Shown: piece by piece, positions 8,227-15,938 of the stretch
How the letters are laid out: every line of letters begins with the position of its first letter
Position numbering within the stretch: position 1 is the first letter of the stretch
DNA from: Thaumarchaeota archaeon CSP1-1
GTDB lineage: Archaea; Thermoproteota; Nitrososphaeria; Nitrososphaerales; Nitrosopumilaceae
Length of the DNA stretch: 24,000 nucleotides
Direction of reading: 5' to 3'
Assembly: GCA_001443365.1 (NCBI GenBank)
Contig: LDXL01000004.1
Coordinates: 166,870-190,869 of the forward strand
Program-made: the position numbers and the translations under genes
Notes under the pieces: model-generated
Told to the model about the DNA's origin: nothing
The model's input: the letters and a program-made list of their open reading frames with translations, nothing else
The model's database searches: none

Positions 8227-8703
8227 ATGGCCGCAATCGATAAAGCAGCTATTGCTTGGACTATTGCCATTGTCGCAGTAGGGGTAGGTATTGCATCTAT
8301 AGGTGGTCAATTTCAATCACCTGTTGCTACAACAGTTCCTAATACTGCACCTCCGGTAATGGAAGAACCTAGCAAACCAGTAATGGAAGAACCTACTGGA
8401 CCAATGACAGTTGAGGTATCAATACCCGCTGGAACATCAGTACCTGGTTGTGAAGAGACCAACAAGTGCTTCATTCCATCATCGGTATCCATCATGAAAG
8501 GCGATACTGTAGTTTGGTCAAATGATGACACTGCTGCACACACTGTTACAAGTGGAAGTCCAGCAAATGGACCAAGTGGAACGTTTGATAGTAGTTTGTT
8601 GATAGGTGGAAAATCCTTTGAGCATACGTTTGATTCATCAGGTTCAATTGATTATTTCTGCATGGTTCACCCATGGATGACAGGAAGCGTTCAAGTTTCC
8701 TAA
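8227..8703 (+). CDS. Membrane-anchored blue copper protein (plastocyanin/amicyanin-like cupredoxin)
   Basis: N-terminal TM anchor, a Pro/Glu-rich linker, then a cupredoxin domain. Type-1 Cu ligands: TAAHTVTS (His) and YFCMVHPWM (C-x2-H-x2-M, amicyanin-type spacing). Confidence 0.87.
   Translation: MAAIDKAAIAWTIAIVAVGVGIASIGGQFQSPVATTVPNTAPPVMEEPSKPVMEEPTGPMTVEVSIPAGTSVPGCEETNKCFIPSSVSIMKGDTVVWSNDDTAAHTVTSGSPANGPSGTFDSSLLIGGKSFEHTFDSSGSIDYFCMVHPWMTGSVQVS
8353..8400 (+). repeat. 24-bp tandem duplication inside the cupredoxin linker (encodes PVMEEPSK / PVMEEPTG)
   Basis: ccggtaatggaagaacct (8353-8370) and ccagtaatggaagaacct (8377-8394) match at 17 of 18 positions and are exactly 24 nt apart, in frame. 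Confidence 0.85.
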
Positions 8704-8710
8704 TCTATCA

Positions 8711-8723
8711 TTTTTTATTTTTT
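8711..8723 (+). terminator. Oligo-T tract, candidate archaeal terminator after the cupredoxin gene
   Basis: TTTTTTATTTTTT begins 8 nt after the stop codon, in the gap between convergent genes. Archaeal RNA polymerase terminates at oligo-T. Confidence 0.3.
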
Positions 8724-8758
8724 ACCTAAGAAATTCAAATATAGGATAGATTTTTGAG

Positions 8759-10267
8759 CTAGTCTTCTGAATTTAATCTGAATACTCTTTTAAAATATTC
8801 TGACGGTTCGTTTATTTCTTCATTGTCATCTTTAACGCCAGCTAAGTTCTTTGCTAATTGTCTCTTGTAACCTAGTTGCATTTGACGAGCAATCTGAATT
8901 CTTTGTGCCTGTGGGGAACCTGCGCCGTGCATGGATTCTGTAAGATATCCTACAGCATTTCTTCCCATAGTCATGTTCTCAATTAATCGAAAAATTCTCA
9001 TTCTGTTTTCAACATCAACTCCTTTTCTTCCTACCAAGTATTTTTTCAAAAGAGGACCTACTTCAGGATGTCTAAAGTCTTTTTCAGACGGCATAGTTAC
9101 CACAAGTCCTCCAGCAATATCCTGTGCAAGTCTACCTATTTCATATGGAAATCTGGTAACGTTATGCTTGCAAACTTGAGCTAACATGTCATCGTTAAGA
9201 TACACTCCTGATTTCAGTTTATGTGCTTGATATGAAGATGCTATACCTGCTGCGAATATAGATTCGTTAAGATGAGTCATCTCGACTAATTTATCTTTGA
9301 TATGAGAAACATTTGGTATGCCATTGTAATCAGATATTGTTGATGCAGCACCAATTAATACATCACCTAGTCCGGTTTTACAAACATAGCTTCTTCTGTG
9401 ATAACAAGTGAATCTTTCAATAAGCATTGATGCAAATTCGTATTCCCCGTCCATGAAGATTTTGTCCCATGGAATAAACACATTATCAAGAATTATCATT
9501 GCCTCCTGTCCTGCATATAGAGCATTTCCAGAATCTATATCGCCACCCTCCATGCTTCGGGTGTCACACGACTGGCGACCATAAATGTAGGTTATACCTG
9601 GTGCATCTGCTGGGAATGCTCCCACTAAAGCATAGTCTTTGTCATTTTCTGTAAGTCTTAAGGTAGGCATTATTATTATCCAGTGCGAATTGATACAACC
9701 AGTTTGATGCGCTTTTGCACCAGTAACGTAAACTCCTTTGTCATCTCTTTTTACAACGTGAACAAACATGTCAGGATCAACTTGTTCTGCAGGACCTTTA
9801 CTCCTATCCCCTTTAGGATCAGTCATTGCACCACCAATGACAAAGTTCTCATTTTGCATCATTTTTATAAAATCAAGCAATCTTTTATGATATTTTGTTC
9901 CATGTTTTTCATCTATTTCATATGTAGTAGAATGAAGTGAGTTTATTGCATCCATGCCAACACAACGTTGAAAGCATGTTCCAGTGTTTTGTCCCATCTT
10001 TCTTTGCATCTTATTTTGGAAAACTAAATCTTGAGCACTTTCAGCAATGTGTAAGAAACGATTTACCCTTTTACCACTGATGGAAGATTGCGCTGACGCA
10101 AGTTCTTCTTCTCTTACTGCTAAATCATACGTCTCAGCTACTGCATTAATTGAAGGACGAATTATTGGATGTTCTACAGGATCTTTTATCTCTTCACCAA
10201 ATAGGAAAATTTTGAGTTTTCTTCCACGTAGACTATCAATGTATTCTTTGCCAGTTCTGATCGGCAT
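8759..10267 (-). CDS. abfD: 4-hydroxybutyryl-CoA dehydratase / vinylacetyl-CoA isomerase
   Basis: 502 aa. GTC98FQRC102VGMD (C-x3-C) and CYH290RRSYVC296K fall where the [4Fe-4S] ligands of clostridial AbfD lie (Cys99, Cys103, His292, Cys299). It is adjacent to the ADP-forming CoA ligase, as I recall for Nitrosopumilus maritimus. Confidence 0.9.
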   Translation of the reverse strand: MPIRTGKEYIDSLRGRKLKIFLFGEEIKDPVEHPIIRPSINAVAETYDLAVREEELASAQSSISGKRVNRFLHIAESAQDLVFQNKMQRKMGQNTGTCFQRCVGMDAINSLHSTTYEIDEKHGTKYHKRLLDFIKMMQNENFVIGGAMTDPKGDRSKGPAEQVDPDMFVHVVKRDDKGVYVTGAKAHQTGCINSHWIIIMPTLRLTENDKDYALVGAFPADAPGITYIYGRQSCDTRSMEGGDIDSGNALYAGQEAMIILDNVFIPWDKIFMDGEYEFASMLIERFTCYHRRSYVCKTGLGDVLIGAASTISDYNGIPNVSHIKDKLVEMTHLNESIFAAGIASSYQAHKLKSGVYLNDDMLAQVCKHNVTRFPYEIGRLAQDIAGGLVVTMPSEKDFRHPEVGPLLKKYLVGRKGVDVENRMRIFRLIENMTMGRNAVGYLTESMHGAGSPQAQRIQIARQMQLGYKRQLAKNLAGVKDDNEEINEPSEYFKRVFRLNSED

Positions 10268-10287
10268 ATAAAAGGTTGCTCGAAGTT

Positions 10288-10296
10288 GTATAAATA
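10288..10296 (-). promoter_or_regulatory. Putative TATA box of the dehydratase gene (minus strand ATTTATAC)
   Basis: On the minus strand, TTTATAC is followed by exactly 20 nt and then ATG 10267. This implies its own promoter and a leaderless or near-leaderless mRNA. Confidence 0.4.
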
Positions 10297-10335
10297 TTCA
10301 GATCATAGTAAAAATGATTTTTGGAATATAGATAG

Positions 10336-12432
10336 TCAGAGTCCTATTCTAACATCTAAAATCTTACAGCCTTTGCCTTGTTCCATTACTAATACTGGAT
10401 TCATGTCAAGCTCTTTGATTTCTTTAAAATCTGTCACAAGTTGTGAGAGTTTTTGTATGCACTCAGATAATTTAGCTTTGTCTGAGGGCTTTTCTCCTCT
10501 AACACCTTCTAGAATTTTTTTCATTTTAATTGAAGATATCATGTCATCAGCTTCTTTGTCAGTTACTGGTGCTAATTTGAAAGTTACATCCTTTAAGACT
10601 TCAACATAAATTCCACCCATTCCAAGCATAATCACTGGTCCCATTCCAGGTTCAAGTTTTGATCCAATAATCATCTCCTTTCCTCCTTTGATCATTTCAA
10701 CGATTAAAACTCCCTTAATCTCAGCTTTTTTGTTATATTTTTTGGCATTTGAAACGATTTCTTCAAAGGCAGATTTTACTTCGTTGTCATTTGTGAGATT
10801 AACTTTTACACCACCTGCATCAGATTTATGAATTATTTGTGGGGATACAATCTTCATTACCACTGGATAACCAATATTCTTTGCAATTTTTACTGCATCA
10901 TTTTCTGTTTTGGCTAGAGTACTCTTTGGAAGGGGGAATCCGTATGCACGCAATACTTCTTGTCCTTCCTCTTCAAGAAGATTTGGTCTTCCATCTTTTT
11001 TGACTTTATCAATAATTTTCTTGGCTGTTGCTTTGTTAACTTTGAATTTTGAAATTTTTCCAGGAGGGGATGAAATCCATTTTGTAAATCTTAGCATGGC
11101 AGTTAATGTCCTTATGGCACCTTCTGCGTAGGTATAATATGGAATTCCTCCTTCGGCAAGAATTTTACGATTTGTAATGCCTTCATCAAGACCCATTAGA
11201 CTCGCAAGCATTGTTTTTTTGTATTTTTTTGACATTGCTACTATAACTTCTGCAAGTTTATCATAATCTAATGTTCCTGATGGAGTACACATTGAGATAA
11301 CAGAACCAACATTTGGATGACCTAAAACATGGTCCAAAACGTTACTGAACCGATTAAAATCTGCATCACCAACTATGTCAACAGGATTTCTTGAGCTTCC
11401 CCAAGGTGGAATTACTGCATCAATCTTTGATCTAATGTTATCTATTTTGGCCATTTTAATTCCATTTTTTGAGCATGCATCAGTTGAAATGATTGCAGGT
11501 CCCCCTGCATTTGATACAATTACAAGTTCCCCTTTTGTTGGAAGTGGCTGTTTTGAAAATGCAACTGCATAATCAAATAATTCTTCCATTGTATCAACTC
11601 GGATAGCTCCAGATTGTTTTAGTAGAGCATCATAGATTTCATCAGAACCCATAAGAGCACCAGTATGAGACATTGCAGCTTTTGCACCTTCTGGACTTCG
11701 ACCAGATTTTAGAACTAGAACTGGTTTCTTTAATTTCCGTGTAATGTTTTTACAAACTTTAAGAAATTCTTGTCCATTACCCATATCTTCAAGATACATG
11801 ACAATAACTTTGGTCTGTTTATGATTAGCTAGCATATTGAGAACATCAATTTCGTTCATGACTGCCTTATTCCCCATACTTACCACAGCTGAAAATCCAA
11901 TGCCTTGTGCACTTGCATCTTCACAAAGTGCAGCACATATAGCTCCGCTTTGAGATACTAGAGCTATTTCACCAGACTTTGGGGTGATTTTTAGAAATGT
12001 AGAATTCATCATTGTTTTTGGATCAAGATTCATCACTCCAAGACAATTAGGTCCTATTACTTGGATTTTGTATTTTTTTGCTATGTCCTTGAGATGCTGT
12101 TCTAATTTTGCACCTTCTTCATCTACTTCTTTGAAACCAGCAGTGATTATAATTACGCCCTTTACTTTTTTCTTACCACATTCTTCTAGAACAATTGGAA
12201 CGATAGTATTTTTTGTAACAATTACTGCAAGATCAATTGGTTTTGGTACATCAAGAACAGATTTGTAGGCTTTTTTGTAAAAGACTGTGGGTCTGGTAGG
12301 ACTGATGGGAAAAACTGTACCTTTAAAACCGTTCATGATATTTGATGTAATGGTACGTCCAACACTACCTCTTTTATCAGATGCACCAATAATTGCAATC
12401 GATTTTGGAGAAAGGAAAACTGATTCTGTCAT
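10336..12432 (-). CDS. ADP-forming acyl-CoA synthetase, fused alpha-beta (NDP-forming ACD family); probable 4-hydroxybutyrate-CoA ligase (ADP-forming)
   Basis: 698 aa. CoA-binding Rossmann segment IAIIGASDKRGSVG, phosphohistidine loop AAMSHTGALMGS, and a C-terminal ATP-grasp half (YPVVMKIVSPQIIHKSDAGGVKVNL). Substrate assignment rests on adjacency to the dehydratase and on the characterised N. maritimus enzyme (Koenneke et al., PNAS 2014). Confidence 0.85.
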   Translation of the reverse strand: MTESVFLSPKSIAIIGASDKRGSVGRTITSNIMNGFKGTVFPISPTRPTVFYKKAYKSVLDVPKPIDLAVIVTKNTIVPIVLEECGKKKVKGVIIITAGFKEVDEEGAKLEQHLKDIAKKYKIQVIGPNCLGVMNLDPKTMMNSTFLKITPKSGEIALVSQSGAICAALCEDASAQGIGFSAVVSMGNKAVMNEIDVLNMLANHKQTKVIVMYLEDMGNGQEFLKVCKNITRKLKKPVLVLKSGRSPEGAKAAMSHTGALMGSDEIYDALLKQSGAIRVDTMEELFDYAVAFSKQPLPTKGELVIVSNAGGPAIISTDACSKNGIKMAKIDNIRSKIDAVIPPWGSSRNPVDIVGDADFNRFSNVLDHVLGHPNVGSVISMCTPSGTLDYDKLAEVIVAMSKKYKKTMLASLMGLDEGITNRKILAEGGIPYYTYAEGAIRTLTAMLRFTKWISSPPGKISKFKVNKATAKKIIDKVKKDGRPNLLEEEGQEVLRAYGFPLPKSTLAKTENDAVKIAKNIGYPVVMKIVSPQIIHKSDAGGVKVNLTNDNEVKSAFEEIVSNAKKYNKKAEIKGVLIVEMIKGGKEMIIGSKLEPGMGPVIMLGMGGIYVEVLKDVTFKLAPVTDKEADDMISSIKMKKILEGVRGEKPSDKAKLSECIQKLSQLVTDFKEIKELDMNPVLVMEQGKGCKILDVRIGL

Positions 12433-12452
12433 GGATAACGAACTTGGATCAG

Positions 12453-12470
12453 AATATTTTACATAATAAG
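12453..12470 (-). promoter_or_regulatory. Putative TATA region of the CoA-ligase gene
   Basis: The minus strand reads CTTATTATGTAAAATATT, then 20 nt, then ATG 12432. Confidence 0.35.
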
Positions 12471-12498
12471 GTTAACCATGACAAGTGCGATCGGCAAT

Positions 12499-12855
12499 CT
12501 AGCTTCCAAGCATTTTGCCAGCTAGATTTTCATTTCTTGGAATCCATTTAATTTTGAGATTAGAAAATTTGGAAATTATCGGCCATGCCTCTCTTGCTAG
12601 CTCTTTTAGTTGTTCGCTGTTTATGGCATATTCATGATTTAATTGTGAAACAGTATTTTTTGAATCACTAAATATTGTAACTTCTTCATCAGAATCTACA
12701 AATTTTTTTAATGCTGCAATGATTGCCAAGTATTCTGCTTGATTATTTGTGATATCTCGTTTTTTTTCATAAAACGATTCTCCTGTTTCTTTTACAAAAA
12801 ATCCATAACCAGAATCTGAACCACCAGACCCATCAACGTATACATTAATTGCCAT
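12499..12855 (-). CDS. rnhA: Minimal RNase H (type 1, RNase HI-like)
   Basis: 118 aa. VYVDGS (Asp8), NNQAEY (Glu41) and FSDSK (Asp64) match the first three DEDD residues. The C-terminus reads RNENLAGKMLGS instead of the usual ..N..AD.LA. Confidence 0.7.
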   Translation of the reverse strand: MAINVYVDGSGGSDSGYGFFVKETGESFYEKKRDITNNQAEYLAIIAALKKFVDSDEEVTIFSDSKNTVSQLNHEYAINSEQLKELAREAWPIISKFSNLKIKWIPRNENLAGKMLGS

Positions 12856-13297
12856 CTTTGTATAACCTCGTCATGATAACACTCAGATTTACTACAATCA
12901 TGTATACAATGGTGGATATACCTTGTGATGTCATTGATGCAATGTAGGGTTCATAATCTATTGTAAGCAAGTAATACTGGGTAATCCATCTAACTATTGT
13001 ATAAACAACCTCTGCAATTCCAAGTGAGGTAATAATTTTTATCAGATCTCTTCTTAGTGCAATTTTGTCAGTTTGACCAGATTCTAGTCTGTATTTTTTT
13101 CTATTATCAAGATAGTATAGTCCACCAAATATAGAAAAATATACTACATAATCTACAATGAGAGTATAGGTAGTGTTGAGATAATCTTCCTGAGCAACAA
13201 GTGATTGTGCTACAATAGCTGAAATTGCTATTGAGGCGGCAAAACCAGCAAGAATATTTTTGTTAAGTTTAAAATATTCTTTGTATTTTTGTTTCAT
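12845..13297 (-). CDS. Hypothetical membrane protein (about 4 TM helices)
   Basis: 150-aa ORF with four hydrophobic stretches. Its stop overlaps the RNase H start by 11 nt, which suggests co-transcription. Confidence 0.55.
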   Translation of the reverse strand: MKQKYKEYFKLNKNILAGFAASIAISAIVAQSLVAQEDYLNTTYTLIVDYVVYFSIFGGLYYLDNRKKYRLESGQTDKIALRRDLIKIITSLGIAEVVYTIVRWITQYYLLTIDYEPYIASMTSQGISTIVYMIVVNLSVIMTRLYKDGN

Positions 13298-13332
13298 TAA
13301 TATTTGGAAAATATTCTGACAAATAAACTAGA

Positions 13333-13617
13333 TTATTCCAAAGTAATTTTCAAAAGTATCAATACACCAGCAAGCTCTGCAATAGTAACACCTAACATGT
13401 ATGGGAACACCTCATGAGAAAATATCTGATCCATTGAAAAATATGCAAATGAGCCAATGATGTTATGCAAAAACAACATTCCTGCAAAAATAATCATTCC
13501 TAATGGAAGCTGTGCTTTTGTTTTGGAATACATTTTTCCAAAACACCACATCAAGATTCCAAGAACAATCATGTTAGCAATTGAGACACCTGATAAAATA
13601 GCACTAGTTGGTTCCAA
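13333..13617 (-). CDS. Small hypothetical membrane protein (3 TM helices)
   Basis: 94 aa with a TTG start. A strong SD (GGAGGTG) sits 11 nt upstream. It lies 25 nt downstream of the wHTH regulator gene. Confidence 0.55.
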   Translation of the reverse strand: MEPTSAILSGVSIANMIVLGILMWCFGKMYSKTKAQLPLGMIIFAGMLFLHNIIGSFAYFSMDQIFSHEVFPYMLGVTIAELAGVLILLKITLE

Positions 13618-13628
13618 TTAGATGAGAA

Positions 13629-13635
13629 CACCTCC
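13629..13635 (-). promoter_or_regulatory. Shine-Dalgarno site (GGAGGTG on the minus strand) for the 94-aa membrane protein
   Basis: Perfect complement of the CACCUCC 16S tail, with an 11-nt spacer to TTG 13617. Confidence 0.5.
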
Positions 13636-13642
13636 ACTATAC

Positions 13643-13945
13643 TTATTTACTTTTTTCCAATTTTTGAACAAGTTCATTAAAAGTTTCCATATTTACTTCT
13701 AGGAATGTTGAAATGAAATAAGTCACACCGTATTTTTCTCCTACCTTGGTAATGATGTTGTTTTTCTCAAGCACTCTAATGTGGTGCTGGATTGCTTTAT
13801 AGTCTAAACCTAATTCTTTTGCAAGTTGATTAGCATTAAGTGGGTTTTTTTTAATTGCAGATACAAGTCTAAGTCTATTCAACCCCCCTCGTGAACCTGC
13901 AAATAAAAACCAAAAAAGTCGTTTTGAATGGGGATCGTTTGCCAT
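13643..13945 (-). CDS. Winged helix-turn-helix transcriptional regulator (ArsR/HTH_20-like)
   Basis: 100 aa. NANQLAKELGLDYKAIQHHIRVLEKNNIITKVGEKYGVTYF matches the HTH plus wing pattern of ArsR-type regulators. It is the first gene of a four-gene minus-strand string. Confidence 0.7.
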   Translation of the reverse strand: MANDPHSKRLFWFLFAGSRGGLNRLRLVSAIKKNPLNANQLAKELGLDYKAIQHHIRVLEKNNIITKVGEKYGVTYFISTFLEVNMETFNELVQKLEKSK

Positions 13946-14043
13946 ATGAAGATAATTTTTGTGTAATTAATCTCCTAAAATGTATTTCAAAATCAATACC
14001 TACTAGTTGTATTATTTAAGTGAGCGAACTCCATTAGGAAATA

Positions 14044-14730
14044 GTGCAAAAAGACCGTCTCTCAGAATGGTTTGTACCAAAATTTGGTACTAGAAATTTT
14101 AGATTAGGAATTGGGATTCTCTTTTTACCCTATACTGGTATGGTAGTAGCGTTTGCAGCATGGGGTTCTCTTGTTGTTGACTACTCCTTAGAGAGACTCG
14201 TAGCAATTTGTTTACTTTATTTTTTAGCACTTGGAATATCAGCCCATTGTCTTGATGCTCTTGGCAGCAAAACAAAACCTTGGGGATTCTTATCAAAAAA
14301 GAAATTGTGGATAATTTCTTTGATTACCTTATCTGCTGCAATAATTATTGGATTTTATTATGCATTTTTAGATTCTCCTCTTTTAATTCCAATTGGAATT
14401 GTTGAAATATTTTTTCTTGTTTCATATAATTTAGAATTATTTAATGGAAAATTTCATAACAACTCTTCCTTTGTACTTTCATGGGGAGTACTACCAGTTC
14501 TTGCCGGGACTATCATTCAAATTAATTCAGTAACCTTAGAATCCTTTGCATTATCTGGGGTAGCTGGTATCTTGAGTTATATTTTGATCAAGACATCACG
14601 TATATACAAAAATCTTAAAAAGCAATCAGCAAAGACATCTCTTATCTACAAAAAAGAGATTGTTCTAAAATTAATCAGCTCAGGCGTAATTTTAAGCACA
14701 GTTTTATTCTTTTTGATAAGACATCTTTAA
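14044..14730 (+). CDS. Hypothetical polytopic membrane protein (about 7 TM)
   Basis: 228-aa ORF with a GTG start, hydrophobic throughout. No prenyltransferase NxxxDxxxD or other signature that I recognise. Confidence 0.55.
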   Translation: MQKDRLSEWFVPKFGTRNFRLGIGILFLPYTGMVVAFAAWGSLVVDYSLERLVAICLLYFLALGISAHCLDALGSKTKPWGFLSKKKLWIISLITLSAAIIIGFYYAFLDSPLLIPIGIVEIFFLVSYNLELFNGKFHNNSSFVLSWGVLPVLAGTIIQINSVTLESFALSGVAGILSYILIKTSRIYKNLKKQSAKTSLIYKKEIVLKLISSGVILSTVLFFLIRHL

Positions 14731-14754
14731 TTGAATTAATTTTATATTAATATT

Positions 14755-15192
14755 ATGGCAGTAATTTTGGATCCTCTGCTTCAGAGTATTTTAGATGCAC
14801 CAGTAGGACAGGTTGAAAGTACATTAAAAGTGGCCTTAGAATGTGATGTTTATCTTGACATTATAGAACAAAATCAAATATCTGGAACTAATTTTGTAAG
14901 AAAGATAATAATTACTGCAAATGAATTACCAGTTATTCTTGCAATAGTTAATTTTGATTCAAAAATTCTTCCTAGTAATGTATCGTCTGAGCTTTTACGA
15001 AAAAGAGATGGAATTGGCACTATACTTACACGTAATCATATCAAATCCAAAAGGAAAATTATTTCAGTTGATTATGACGATAAACGTGAAAAAGTTACTA
15101 GAAAATATCAAATCATTACAGATAATACGGTCTGGTTTGAGATAATTGAAGAAATAAGATTAGACTACATTACTTCCTGTAAGAATGGCTGA
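14755..15192 (+). CDS. Hypothetical protein, possibly chorismate-lyase/UTRA-like fold (DUF98-like)
   Basis: 145 aa. The pattern RKIIITANELPVILAIVNF..LP......LLRKRDGIGTIL....I.SKRKIISV...VTRKYQII.....WFEIIEEI resembles UbiC/DUF98 by eye only. Its 3' end overlaps the convergent methyltransferase gene by 33 nt. Confidence 0.45.
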   Translation: MAVILDPLLQSILDAPVGQVESTLKVALECDVYLDIIEQNQISGTNFVRKIIITANELPVILAIVNFDSKILPSNVSSELLRKRDGIGTILTRNHIKSKRKIISVDYDDKREKVTRKYQIITDNTVWFEIIEEIRLDYITSCKNG

Positions 15193-15840
15193 GCAACCCC
15201 ATGTCATCTGTTGTAGTTCTACTTTCAAGCCATGATTTTTCATGACTTTCTCAAATTCCCCAAGCCATCTAGTTGACTTGATTAATTTTGGAAGCTCGAC
15301 AAAAACATCCCTCCAGTTTGGGATGAAATATCCTATAATATTCAACACGACAAAATAAAGATTCCAAAAAATTCTAACTGCTTTATTTTCCGGATAGGTA
15401 AAATCATGTAGAATAATTTTTCCGCCAGTTTTCAAATGCTTCATGCATACATCTACCAGAATTTCTGGGTTACAGTACTTTGGAATATAAGATGAGGTAA
15501 TACAGTCAAATTTTTCCTCTAGATCTAATTTTTCTGCATCTTGTTTTACAAATGAGACGTTTTCTTTTGAAGCAAATCTCTTTTTTGCAATATCAAGATA
15601 GCTTTCGGTAATATCCACACCAACTATTTTTGCATCTGGAAGCTTTTCAGAAATTTTTTCAGTTAATATTCCTGTCCCGCATGCAAGATCTAATATTGAT
15701 TTACATTGTGGAATTTTTTTAAGAATTTCTTTTTTCCAATATTTGTCCTTGGCAAAAGTTGTTTGGTTTACAATTTTATCATAAGTTAAAGCCGTTTTAT
15801 CAAAGAATCTAGGAATGAGATTCTTAGTAGACTCACTCAT
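15160..15840 (-). CDS. Class I SAM-dependent methyltransferase, UbiE/MenG (COQ5) type
   Basis: N-terminal FFDKTALTYDKIVNQTTFAKDKYWKKEIL resembles the UbiE signature (F..VA..YD.MN...S.G.H..WR). SAM motif I is ILDLACGTGILT, with the acidic loop VGVDITE. Confidence 0.75.
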   Translation of the reverse strand: MSESTKNLIPRFFDKTALTYDKIVNQTTFAKDKYWKKEILKKIPQCKSILDLACGTGILTEKISEKLPDAKIVGVDITESYLDIAKKRFASKENVSFVKQDAEKLDLEEKFDCITSSYIPKYCNPEILVDVCMKHLKTGGKIILHDFTYPENKAVRIFWNLYFVVLNIIGYFIPNWRDVFVELPKLIKSTRWLGEFEKVMKNHGLKVELQQMTWGCSAILTGSNVV

Positions 15841-15938
15841 AATTATTAGACTATTGGATTATCCTTTAAGGAGTTTTACGAGTAGAAGCAAATCATGCAT
15901 ACTAAAACGATAAATTGGATTTGGTAGTACAGAAACCT

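Noticed and set aside
10286-12268. Plus-strand ORFs 10286..10609, 10910..11131, 11375..11572 and 11984..12268, lying antisense to the CoA-ligase gene. Similar antisense ORFs lie inside the dehydratase (8931..9179, 9683..9940, 10047..10271) and the amidohydrolase (3684..3947, 4021..4203, 4730..4924).
   Set aside because: They are shadow ORFs opposite long genes with strong family signatures. Their translations are low-complexity (S/F/I/L-rich) with no motifs, and accepting them would mean complete overlap with well-supported genes.
13298-13332. Perfect 7-nt inverted repeat AATATTT-TCC-AAATATT immediately upstream of ATG 13297.
   Set aside because: It is composed entirely of A/T in a very AT-rich genome, so chance occurrence is likely. 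It could equally be an internal TATA box. Not enough to call an operator or hairpin.
14954-15145. 63-aa alternative-frame plus-strand ORF inside 14755..15192.
   Set aside because: It is fully nested in the longer same-strand ORF, which has the more protein-like pattern, and it has no independent start signal.
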